Both the position numbers and the translations under genes were made by a program. Positions 1-8,964 of a stretch of DNA of 64,000 bases are shown here, piece by piece. The notes under the pieces were generated by a model, which did not search any database, was not told where the DNA came from, and worked only from the letters and a program-made list of their open reading frames with translations. The stretch is from sequence record NC_041973.1. One strand, 5' to 3'. The stretch's first letter is position 1; every line of letters begins with the position of its first letter.

Positions 1-996
1 ATGGCACATGATCATCAATTCAACGAAGCCTCAGACAGAGGGCTATTCGATTATGATGCTGACTGTAAAGTAAGTTACTTTATTAAGTCCGCACTCAAGA
101 CTCCGTTATTCATTCGACAGCGTACCGGATTGGATAATATCATCCCACCGAAGTTTTATGGTGGCGGGGTCATGGATCAGGTGGAAATCATGCTAGAGTT
201 TCAGATCAAGGAGCATGTATTTCTCGACATTAACAGTAAATCAATTGAGGAGCTACCACCCGAGTACGCCGTGATTGCCAAGGCAATTAATGTAATAAAA
301 GAAAAGCGTGTACGTGAACATGGCAACTATTATGTTGGTCGTGTTGTGTATACCTTTACCAGCGAATATTTTGAGCGCTGTAATGGTCAGTTCTATTTCT
401 CTGTGTTGGATATGGTCTTCTCCGTAAATAGCCCAGATGAGACAGACGAACACCCGTATTGCATTAATGTGTTACAGCAAACCATGGCCGCGAAATTAAA
501 GGACGATTATGCCGGCTTAGTGACCTATGCAGTTAAGCTGGTAGATTCGCAGACGCGACTAGGCCCAAAGTACATCAACATCGCTGGTGATGTCTTTGAA
601 GTCACACCCACCGAAGGGCAAGGGACCGAATCAGCTGACGGCCTCTATCTCATTGGTGATGCACCGATCCGCAGAGGGAAGAAAGAATCTACTGGGCGTA
701 CACGATTTACGCCACTCGACTCGATACTACAAAGCCCTGAGAAGTATGGATTATTTTCTACTATTGGGGAAGCAAAGCATCGGGGAGATAAACAGTTGGA
801 TGCGGCATTTAATGCATTAGACGCAGCTAACGCGAAGGAACGGAAAGCGCAGCAGAAGATCGCTCAGCTGGAGACTCAGCTGGAAGGGTTTAAAGCAAAA
901 GAGAAACAGGACAATGGACTGGTTCTCAACAAAGGGATAACGGAGCTCATCAAACTTATTACTGCCACTATAGGCATTGTTAAACTCTTGAGGTAA
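1..996 (+). CDS. Hypothetical conserved phage protein upstream of the nvRNAP subunit
   Basis: 331 aa ORF from base 1, C-terminal coiled coil and hydrophobic tail; ends 4 nt before the next ATG. No function recognised. Confidence 0.7.
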   Translation: MAHDHQFNEASDRGLFDYDADCKVSYFIKSALKTPLFIRQRTGLDNIIPPKFYGGGVMDQVEIMLEFQIKEHVFLDINSKSIEELPPEYAVIAKAINVIKEKRVREHGNYYVGRVVYTFTSEYFERCNGQFYFSVLDMVFSVNSPDETDEHPYCINVLQQTMAAKLKDDYAGLVTYAVKLVDSQTRLGPKYINIAGDVFEVTPTEGQGTESADGLYLIGDAPIRRGKKESTGRTRFTPLDSILQSPEKYGLFSTIGEAKHRGDKQLDAAFNALDAANAKERKAQQKIAQLETQLEGFKAKEKQDNGLVLNKGITELIKLITATIGIVKLLR

Positions 997-1000
997 CTCA

Positions 1001-2689
1001 ATGGACCCGTTGCTCGAAACAGCTATAAAAAATACCATACCAAAAATGAATCCAGATATCTCTAATGGATTTGTAAAGCGAGAGCTAGACAAAGCACTTG
1101 AATATCTCAACAACGTCTTTGCCAGCGCCTTTGGTAGTTTGGGTTCCAACATTAAGTACATCGGGTATCAGCGTTGTCGTCCCGATGAAGAGTACCGTTT
1201 CAGTTTAAAGCGTAATGGCGGAGCAACAGCTTCGAAGGCACGTTATGAGCTGGCCCGGTCGGATGTGTTTCTCACCAAGTTCAACTTCACGGTCGATGGA
1301 AAAGCAACCAAGCCATTGCTGCTCTATGTACCGTACTGTGATGACACTGGACTGATGCACCTGCGTGGGACAGCACACACCATCTCGCCTGTCTTGGAAG
1401 ATCCAGGGATCTCTGTGACACGGGATGGTTGTTTCTTTCGCGTGACCTGTGACAAGATCGTGGTGAAACGTACTGGCCATACGGTCTGTCGTGACATCAT
1501 GGACATCACACAAAAGCGTAAACGTGTGCAGAAGCACATCAACGTGCCGTGGGCGAAGATCTACCGTGCTAAGCAACAGAAAGCGAACTCAGCGAAGACC
1601 GCACCGGTTACCTCGCTGCCGCACTATCTGTTTGCGAAGTATGGCGTCACGCACACCTTTAAGAAGTATGCCGGTATGGATGTGGTGTTCGGGACTGAGT
1701 TGGATATCACACCTCAGAACTACCCTGACAATGAGTGGACACGGTTCTATTCCGCTAAACAAACCCATCCTAACAACAAGCGTCCGTCCCAAGAGTGGGT
1801 GCCAACGGCTGCAGCGTTAGCTGTCAGAACCACCGCACCGTCTCAGTTGGTGGATATCTTGGTAGCTGGCTACTTCTATGTCGCTGACTGTTATACCCAT
1901 GAATTCAATCCGATTCACTCTGATGAGCCAGATCATTGGCGTCTGATGATGGGTAAGATGGTCTTTAACAAGACGGTCAAGTATGTGCAGATGACAGAAT
2001 ACCTGGCACCGCACTTTGCCTCACTTGATACGTACCTGGACGACATCGCCAAAGAGAACCTGGCCGAAGAAGGGGTGTTGTGTGAAGACGTGTATGAGCT
2101 GATGACTTACATCATTGCGAACCTGGATCACATGATCAACACTGTGAACCTGGCTAGCATGTACAACAAGAAACTCGTTGTATTGCCGTATGTGTTATCA
2201 CCGATCATTCACGGGATCTTCTATACCAAGTTTAACCTGATGCAACAATGCAAGAAGCGTGCTGTTGATACCACCACTGGTGAAGAGATCATGGTGTTCA
2301 CGGAAGACACGTTATTTGATGTTCTTGGACGTAACCTGAAGCCGGAAGCGATTAACAAAGTGAAAGGGCCAGACCATGGCATGATTAGCTCTGTTGCAGC
2401 CCCAGGCGACAATAAGATGTTTAAGATAAATAACAAGATTACACTACAGCAAAATGCAACGCAATCAGGTGGGCGTCGTAATGAATCACCGATGACCGAT
2501 GATTCGAAAGGACTGGATGTCAGTATTGCAGACTGTGCATCGTATCTCCACATTACGAAACCCGATCCGACTGGCCGCTCTTTATTTAACCCCTTTAAGT
2601 TATTGGTACGTGATAAACTGCTTCCGTCCGTTAAATATGAAAAACTGTTTAGCGTAACGCAGGCGATTATCTATCGTCGCAATATTTAG
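1001..2689 (+). CDS. Non-virion RNA polymerase beta subunit, N-terminal part (phiKZ gp123 homolog)
   Basis: Colinear motif matches to phiKZ gp123 as recalled: MDPLLETAIKNTIPKMNP vs MPDPFLIEKIRENTPCMNP; LPHYLFAKYGVTHTFKKYA vs LAHYFFCQFGVTQTFKQWA; SMYNKKLVVLPY vs SMYGKRLTVLHY; PDPTGR vs NPDGRGR. Confidence 0.92.
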   Translation: MDPLLETAIKNTIPKMNPDISNGFVKRELDKALEYLNNVFASAFGSLGSNIKYIGYQRCRPDEEYRFSLKRNGGATASKARYELARSDVFLTKFNFTVDGKATKPLLLYVPYCDDTGLMHLRGTAHTISPVLEDPGISVTRDGCFFRVTCDKIVVKRTGHTVCRDIMDITQKRKRVQKHINVPWAKIYRAKQQKANSAKTAPVTSLPHYLFAKYGVTHTFKKYAGMDVVFGTELDITPQNYPDNEWTRFYSAKQTHPNNKRPSQEWVPTAAALAVRTTAPSQLVDILVAGYFYVADCYTHEFNPIHSDEPDHWRLMMGKMVFNKTVKYVQMTEYLAPHFASLDTYLDDIAKENLAEEGVLCEDVYELMTYIIANLDHMINTVNLASMYNKKLVVLPYVLSPIIHGIFYTKFNLMQQCKKRAVDTTTGEEIMVFTEDTLFDVLGRNLKPEAINKVKGPDHGMISSVAAPGDNKMFKINNKITLQQNATQSGGRRNESPMTDDSKGLDVSIADCASYLHITKPDPTGRSLFNPFKLLVRDKLLPSVKYEKLFSVTQAIIYRRNI

Positions 2690-2701
2690 TGAGCCTACAT
2701 C

Positions 2702-2878
2702 ATGAAACAGAACGCTGAGATCGATTCGTCTATTATTTCTACCGGTAATATCTTCCAGGCACACAAACCAGCCCCAGTTGGTCGTTGTGATCTGTCGGGT
2801 GAATCACAGAAACGCTCACAGAGCATGACAGAAGAAGATAAGGCGGCAGTAGCCAAACGTTTTGGTTTGACTAAATAA
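2702..2878 (+). CDS. Small hypothetical protein (58 aa, MKQNAEIDSS...KRFGLTK), absent from the ORF track
   Basis: Hand-translated ORF filling the gap between the RNAP gene and the next gene. Confidence 0.6.
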   Translation: MKQNAEIDSSIISTGNIFQAHKPAPVGRCDLSGESQKRSQSMTEEDKAAVAKRFGLTK

Positions 2879-2925
2879 TTAACTTTTTGTAAGCAGATTG
2901 TTTTAGTCTGCAAAAGGAAACCGTT

Positions 2926-5409
2926 ATGAGCAATATGTACCCACCGCAGATGATGATGGCCCAAGGAGGGTTGTATCCTCAGCAAGGGATGTATCCGCAG
3001 CAGCAGATGATGCAACCCCCAATGATGATGCAGCAACAAGCTCCACAAATCGATAAGCAAGCTTTAGCACAGGCTTTTGCAAAGTTTATCGATCAGGCGG
3101 CCACGCAGAACCAGAACCAGCTGACTGCCTATATCCACATGCGTTACACACAGAACCAGTATCAGAACCAGCAGTTCCAAACTGCGGTGAACACGGTGCT
3201 GGCGATGTACATGTTGGCGCTGCAGACAGCCCCTGGTATGCCACCGCATCAACTGCAGGGTCAAGCGGTGGTTGATGCATACGAAATCCACGCCATTCTG
3301 GAGTTGCAGCAGAACCCCCAGATGGTGCAGGCTTTGGCGCCGAATATCATTCAGGCGCTTGTGCAGAACATCCCGCGCTTACAGCAGCAGTTAAATCAAA
3401 GCTTCCCGCAGCTGCAGTTGCAAGTACCACAGCTTAATGTTCCGGGTTATCAGCTGCAGAATACCATGCAGCCGCAGCAGCACATGTTGCCTGGTTATAA
3501 TGCCATGATGCCACCGATGCAGGGTTATGCACCGGTACCGCAGCAGGGGATGTATCAGAACAGCATGATGCCTGGTCAGCCGTACAATGGTTATAACGCG
3601 CAGACTAATGATAACCTTGGCATGAGTGATGCCCGTGCTCAGTTACCTGCACCGCCAGCCGATGGTAAGTATTACGGTCCAGCGAGCATCGGTAACAACA
3701 CCGACAACAAACCAGCCAACACCGTGCAGCCTATTGCGGTCGCCGGCTTTGAAGTCAGTGAAGCGCGTGTACCAATGCATGCGGTGGGTGTGCTGGAAGA
3801 GTACAGCACACCTAACCTGCAACAAGCGATGCAACAGCAGCAAGACATACCAATGCCGAGTAACATCGACTTTGACAGTGTGATGTCGCTGGAAGAGGAA
3901 GAGAACGAAGAACCGATGTTCAACATCCCGATGGCGGATGAAGAGCAACTGGTGCTGAATGCGGGTACAGATGCTAGCACAGATGACGAACCGTATCAGA
4001 GTCCGTTCCCGTCATTCTCTCAGATCTTCGGTCAGCCTGCCTCAGGTGCTAACATCAGTGCAGCAGCAGAAGCGGCGATGACACCACCTCCTGCTGAAGC
4101 GTTACTGTCTCAGCCGGTTGCAAACAAACCGACGGTGGTGGTAACCAAAGCTGCTGAAGTGTCACCAGACGGTCTGCCAGATGGCTGGATGTTCACTGAG
4201 TCGCTGGAAGCCGGTGAGTTCCTGAAGCTGATCCGTGCTGCTAAACGCAATCGTAAGAATCCACTGCCGATTCATTACGACCGTACTTTCATGACCCGCT
4301 TGTATCGCTATAACCAAGATGGTGCGATTGAGCAACGTATCGTAGGAGAAACCATGGACAGACTTCGTCACGACCTATCCTCACTGGACGAGGTAGATAA
4401 CCAAGGGGCACGTGAGCAAGCAGCACTGTTCGCGCCACTGACCACTGCTACTATTGATGAAGTCAATAAGGTAGTGAAGGAAGCAGAGAAAGACAGCGGG
4501 AAAGTGACTGAGAAGCTGAAAGAGAAAGACATCGTCGTTCTTAGCAAGCCAGTGACTGTATCGTGCCGTCAAGAAGCGGCTATCCTGGTGGCAGCCAAAG
4601 CTGGCGAGATTCAGAAACTCAACAGCAACAAACACGGTTATGAGTACTACTACCGTGAAGCGATGGTGCTGCAAACCACCAAGAACGTGGCAGCGTTGTT
4701 GGAGAACCCAACTGTCAAAGCGTTGTCTCAGCGTTCACAGGTGAACAACCTGGTTGAGCTGGCAGAAGCAATCCGTGCAGCGCGTGCAGAAGGTGCGTTA
4801 AGTCCACAGGCACTGACCAAGCTGACTGACCACATGATGGAAGTGTTTAACGACATGCTCACTCATGATTACGGTTATGCGGGCGAACTGGTGTTGACCG
4901 GTAGCGATGAAGACGGTAACAAAACCCAGCTGGAAGATGAGCTGATGGACTTCGTGGTCTACATGGACAGTAATGAAGATCATCGTGAAGTGCTCGATCT
5001 GATTCATAAGCGTTGGATTCCGCTGCGTGAGCGTCTGTGCATTATCTTAACGGATGGTGCCTTAACCTCTGCACAACGTATTCTGGCCAAACGTTACGGT
5101 TCAGACGATGACATGGATGCGATGGTTGATGCGACCAGTAACATGCTGATTGCAATGACCTCGGTTAGCGTAACCAACCTCAACAAAACCAGCCGTGAGC
5201 TGAAGCTTGATGACAAGGACCGTATCTTCGCTGTAAACGCGTCTGACAGCCCGTATCTGTACAGTGTGTTGAAAGGTATCACCGAGCGCACTAAACAGCA
5301 CACATCGCGTTACACGAAGCATCGCGTGGTAACTGCAGATGGTCGCTTCCTGAACTTCCGTCTCGGCGGATTAGGAGACGGCAGTGTCTTCATTGCCAAC
5401 TTTGAGTAA
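2926..5409 (+). CDS. Large hypothetical protein with Q/M/P-rich low-complexity N-terminus and acidic linker
   Basis: 827 aa ORF, RBS AAGGA, followed by a hairpin-TTATGCCG element. Confidence 0.8.
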   Translation: MSNMYPPQMMMAQGGLYPQQGMYPQQQMMQPPMMMQQQAPQIDKQALAQAFAKFIDQAATQNQNQLTAYIHMRYTQNQYQNQQFQTAVNTVLAMYMLALQTAPGMPPHQLQGQAVVDAYEIHAILELQQNPQMVQALAPNIIQALVQNIPRLQQQLNQSFPQLQLQVPQLNVPGYQLQNTMQPQQHMLPGYNAMMPPMQGYAPVPQQGMYQNSMMPGQPYNGYNAQTNDNLGMSDARAQLPAPPADGKYYGPASIGNNTDNKPANTVQPIAVAGFEVSEARVPMHAVGVLEEYSTPNLQQAMQQQQDIPMPSNIDFDSVMSLEEEENEEPMFNIPMADEEQLVLNAGTDASTDDEPYQSPFPSFSQIFGQPASGANISAAAEAAMTPPPAEALLSQPVANKPTVVVTKAAEVSPDGLPDGWMFTESLEAGEFLKLIRAAKRNRKNPLPIHYDRTFMTRLYRYNQDGAIEQRIVGETMDRLRHDLSSLDEVDNQGAREQAALFAPLTTATIDEVNKVVKEAEKDSGKVTEKLKEKDIVVLSKPVTVSCRQEAAILVAAKAGEIQKLNSNKHGYEYYYREAMVLQTTKNVAALLENPTVKALSQRSQVNNLVELAEAIRAARAEGALSPQALTKLTDHMMEVFNDMLTHDYGYAGELVLTGSDEDGNKTQLEDELMDFVVYMDSNEDHREVLDLIHKRWIPLRERLCIILTDGALTSAQRILAKRYGSDDDMDAMVDATSNMLIAMTSVSVTNLNKTSRELKLDDKDRIFAVNASDSPYLYSVLKGITERTKQHTSRYTKHRVVTADGRFLNFRLGGLGDGSVFIANFE

Positions 5410-5411
5410 CC

Positions 5412-5445
5412 CATAACAGGAGAGCTTCGGCTCTCCTTTATGCCG
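5412..5445 (+). terminator. Hairpin + TTATGCCG element
   Basis: aggagagc-ttcg-gctctcct-ttatgccg. Confidence 0.75.
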
Positions 5446-5681
5446 GCCAGGTTTTCCACCCATCTCCTCTATCGGACAACAGATATAGATAGCGTCTGAT
5501 CAACGTCATTGATTACACCTTATTCTACGACCCCAACGTAACCTGTCGACATTCATAAGGGAATGCCACACCGTTGTTTATGCCTGTTCTTATAAAAGAA
5601 GCGACCAAGCAAAAGACCAATAATCCGCAAGCCTTCTTTAAACTAAACCTGTTCTCTTTTCTTATTAATCTGGAGTGTTGT

Positions 5682-6014
5682 ATGGATTTCTCATTTCTAC
5701 TTGATCAAAACCCGTTGAGCTATTACAAAAACGAGTTACCGGCCTTAGTCCGTGAACTTAATCGCTCGATGGAAGATGATGCCCGTGTTTCCTGTGAAGA
5801 CGCACTGAATGCGCTGGTGCATCTCTTTGCAACACCGGGCGAGCTCATCAGCCTTACTATTCAGCGCCACTGTAGCATCGCTGAGCAGAAGCTTCGCTAT
5901 ACGGCAAAGTTCATCAATGACACAGTGGCTACAGTCGAAGGACCTGAGCCAATGGATCTGCGCTATGTGCTAGGGACTGCAGTATTTAACGCCATCACCA
6001 TTCCTATCAAATAA
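5682..6014 (+). CDS. Hypothetical protein (110 aa)
   Basis: Start moved to the ATG at 5682 behind RBS GGAG; ends at a bidirectional terminator. Confidence 0.65.
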   Translation: MDFSFLLDQNPLSYYKNELPALVRELNRSMEDDARVSCEDALNALVHLFATPGELISLTIQRHCSIAEQKLRYTAKFINDTVATVEGPEPMDLRYVLGTAVFNAITIPIK

Positions 6015-6016
6015 AT

Positions 6017-6057
6017 CGGCATAAGAGGAGAGGCATTTGCCTCTCCTCTGTTATGCT
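6017..6057. terminator. Bidirectional hairpin with TTATGC on both strands, between convergent genes
   Basis: cggcataa-gaggagaggc-attt-gcctctcctc-tg-ttatgct. Confidence 0.8.
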
Positions 6058-6076
6058 ACTTCTTTTTTTTTTTGGT

Positions 6077-8932
6077 TTAGAACGTGAACTTCGGGTTTTT
6101 CGAGTCGTCGTCGTTGAAGTCGTCATCCGTCGGATCTTCAAGACTCGGATCAGCGGCATCATCATCCGGATTAGTGGTATCGTCCGGGTTCTGTGTGTCA
6201 TCCGGGTTCTGTTCATCTACCGGAGGTTCGTCACCATCGGTCGGTGGTGTCGGCATGGCAAACGGGTCAGCTTCACCCTCATCCGGTGCGGCATTCGGAT
6301 TAGCGGCAGTATCACCCAGCTGCTCATCTTCCTTCAGCTTATCGTATTTACTCTGCAGCTTCTCTTCGACTTTCTTCTTATCTTTCAGATACGTGAGAAT
6401 GCCTTCCCAGACATTTTCGTTATAGCTGATGATTTCAGAAAGCAGGGCAGCGGTAGCGTTAGTGTCTTCACCCAGATCATTCAGGATTGCGTATTGCTGC
6501 GCATTACCGGAATCATCCATCCACTTACGCATGTACATTGCCACCAGAGACTGACGCCAGGTTTCCAGATCCTCTTCAGAACCATCCAGGAACTTGCCCA
6601 CCACGGCATCTGGGAAGCGGTCATTGATGACAGCCTCGGTGTGTTCACGACGTGTCTGGTAGGCACGGGTGATCTCTTCCAGGTCGGTGGTTTCAGGTTC
6701 AGGTAGGGTGACGATGATTGAGTTAATGAAGTTGGTCAGCAAACGGGCTGCAATCGCACCTTCATCCTTAGCAACATCCGGGTTATTGGCTTTGAAGTCC
6801 TCAAACATCTTCTTGCCTTTAGCCGAAGACGGACTCCAGAGCTTCTTGTTGTTATGAATGATGTCGTACAACTCATTCATCAAGTTACCGGACTTGGCGG
6901 TCAGTTTACGCACCAGGTCAGAGGCATGACCACACACCACACGTTGTGACACGGTGATCTCTTGCGAGTACAGCGCATCGTTGTTGATGTGTTCGATGGC
7001 AAACTTAATGTCGTTCTGCGACGAGATGAGTTCAGGACGAATCCCCCACATCTGTGACAAGAACTCCATCAAGCGGTCATTCCACTCTGGATCAGGTGGA
7101 GTGATGTCACGCTTGCCGTGAGAGATATCTGCATCAATCGACGGGTAGTGATCGTTACCACTGGTCTTTACAATCACGCTGGCACTGTCAAGGATGTTAC
7201 ACACATCACGCGGGTTCTTGGCACCGATGATCGAGGAGAGACCAAGGGTGGAGTTCAAGTGCGTGGTGATCACATCTTCGATGGTGTTTTCTGGCTCTGG
7301 GTCATCCTCATCCAGCGGGATGTTCAGGGTGGTGATGTTCACCGAGTTCGCGACGTTAGCAAGCGTAGTCGCAATGATGTTGGTCATCGCCATCGACGCA
7401 TACAGACGTGAGCGGTCTAACAGAGAACGACCAATACCAAACCGGTTGTAGTCGAAAGCGAAGTAGGTCATCGCTTCTTCTGGCAGGTACAGGATACGGG
7501 TCTGCAGGTTACGGCAAGTACGGGCAAACATGATACGCATGACTTCGTTGGTTAACCCTACGGTCATGGTCTGGCCATAAGTGCCATTAGCCAGGCGCTG
7601 CACCAGATCTTTCTCCACTTCTTCGACATACTTGTTGTAGAAGGCAGACGTATCAAAGGTACATTTATTACCCGACTTCATCTCCGCAGCCATGGCAATG
7701 ATGCCTTTGGTGCTGTCGATGGCGCTGTTGGTATCCTGACGGTTCTTCATCTGATCTTGATAGAACTGATCATTCTGCGCCGTACGCACTGGGTTGCCGT
7801 GTTCATCCAACAGAACGAAGTAGCCAACGCGGTGTTTAAAGTCACCCGGGACGTGCACCGGGATCACACACTCTGAAGGCAGGTGCATCAGTAATGGCTG
7901 GCCAACGTTTTCTTTAGACAGCTCGTCGTCACGTCCAACCGTGATGTTATTGGTCGCTACGTAATCACGCTGTTTAAAGAGGTCGTTGTAGACATTGCTG
8001 TACTGCTCATCTGTTAACACCGGTGTCTGGGCAACTTTGCTGTCTTTGTCCTTACCGCCTTTTGCTTTCGCCCCACCTTTGTCTTCCAGTGCCTCCATAC
8101 CGGCACGGCGCAGACCTAACGGGATACGGTTCTTCTTCGACAGGTTGTGTCGCGCTAACGCCAGCTTAAAGCGCGGCAGACTTAACACCGCGTCGTTATC
8201 GGTGATGGTCAGCCCCAACTCATTTTTATTATCACCATTCAGATGGTGCATGGTCATAATAGGCGTTTCGCCACTCATCAACGATTCGAGTGACGCGGTC
8301 ATCAGCATATTAGAACTACCTGGGTTACCCAGATAGCCACGAGAGCGGAACTGTTGGGAGTGTGCGTCGTAGTCATCAGCAATCGCTTCCATACCAGAGC
8401 CACGGGTATAGCCGTTAATCACGTTATCCAGTGACGACTGGGAAAGCACTGCCCAGGCTGAAGAACCGGTCTTAAATAACATGTCCGGAACGATGTCAGC
8501 AAGTTTGTCAGTAATTTTATAGTTCTTTTCTATGTACTCCCGCACTGCGCTGATCAAAAGACTGTTAAGCTCTGTGTTCTTACCCTCATACGCTTCTGTG
8601 GTATAAGTCAGGGAGACCGTGCGTAAGTTACGCGGAGAGAGAATAGACGCCGTAAGGATCTTACACGCCTTTAAGGCTCCGGGTACACTTTCCATCAATT
8701 CGGTATTCGAGTCGATACTGGTACTGGTCAGTTTGGAGATGTTTTGGAGCATCCCTGCAGAAGGACCACCATCCCGGTTGGAACGTCCTGTACGTTTGGA
8801 CGTATCCCGCGGTTTGTTGTCCTTCGGAACCAGTATGTCAATGATCGCTTTTGTCGCAGGATCTTTATTGAGTAAATTCAGTTTTGGCGTAGCAGCACGG
8901 CTGTTACCTGCCAAGCGATTCGATTCGGCCAT
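6077..8932 (-). CDS. Portal protein (phiKZ gp129-like)
   Basis: About 950 aa, start set at MAESNRL behind RBS AAGGAG. Called from size, divergent pairing with a gp128-like gene, acidic disordered C-tail and the conserved gene order of phiKZ-like phages. Confidence 0.75.
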   Translation of the reverse strand: MAESNRLAGNSRAATPKLNLLNKDPATKAIIDILVPKDNKPRDTSKRTGRSNRDGGPSAGMLQNISKLTSTSIDSNTELMESVPGALKACKILTASILSPRNLRTVSLTYTTEAYEGKNTELNSLLISAVREYIEKNYKITDKLADIVPDMLFKTGSSAWAVLSQSSLDNVINGYTRGSGMEAIADDYDAHSQQFRSRGYLGNPGSSNMLMTASLESLMSGETPIMTMHHLNGDNKNELGLTITDNDAVLSLPRFKLALARHNLSKKNRIPLGLRRAGMEALEDKGGAKAKGGKDKDSKVAQTPVLTDEQYSNVYNDLFKQRDYVATNNITVGRDDELSKENVGQPLLMHLPSECVIPVHVPGDFKHRVGYFVLLDEHGNPVRTAQNDQFYQDQMKNRQDTNSAIDSTKGIIAMAAEMKSGNKCTFDTSAFYNKYVEEVEKDLVQRLANGTYGQTMTVGLTNEVMRIMFARTCRNLQTRILYLPEEAMTYFAFDYNRFGIGRSLLDRSRLYASMAMTNIIATTLANVANSVNITTLNIPLDEDDPEPENTIEDVITTHLNSTLGLSSIIGAKNPRDVCNILDSASVIVKTSGNDHYPSIDADISHGKRDITPPDPEWNDRLMEFLSQMWGIRPELISSQNDIKFAIEHINNDALYSQEITVSQRVVCGHASDLVRKLTAKSGNLMNELYDIIHNNKKLWSPSSAKGKKMFEDFKANNPDVAKDEGAIAARLLTNFINSIIVTLPEPETTDLEEITRAYQTRREHTEAVINDRFPDAVVGKFLDGSEEDLETWRQSLVAMYMRKWMDDSGNAQQYAILNDLGEDTNATAALLSEIISYNENVWEGILTYLKDKKKVEEKLQSKYDKLKEDEQLGDTAANPNAAPDEGEADPFAMPTPPTDGDEPPVDEQNPDDTQNPDDTTNPDDDAADPSLEDPTDDDFNDDDSKNPKFTF
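6162..6215 (-). repeat. 3 x 18 bp imperfect tandem repeat encoding (Q/T)NPDD(T/D) in the portal C-tail
   Basis: tcatccggattagtggta / tcgtccgggttctgtgtg / tcatccgggttctgttca. Confidence 0.8.
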
Positions 8933-8964
8933 TTTAAAGAGGCTCCTTGCAGTGGGAGAATAGC

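Noticed and set aside
5446-5681. ncRNA or small ORF in the intergenic gap
   Set aside because: Only very short ORFs without an RBS and weak stems were found.
6053-6706. 217 aa + strand ORF and other long shadow ORFs
   Set aside because: Antisense to the portal's low-complexity tail, no RBS, starts inside a terminator.
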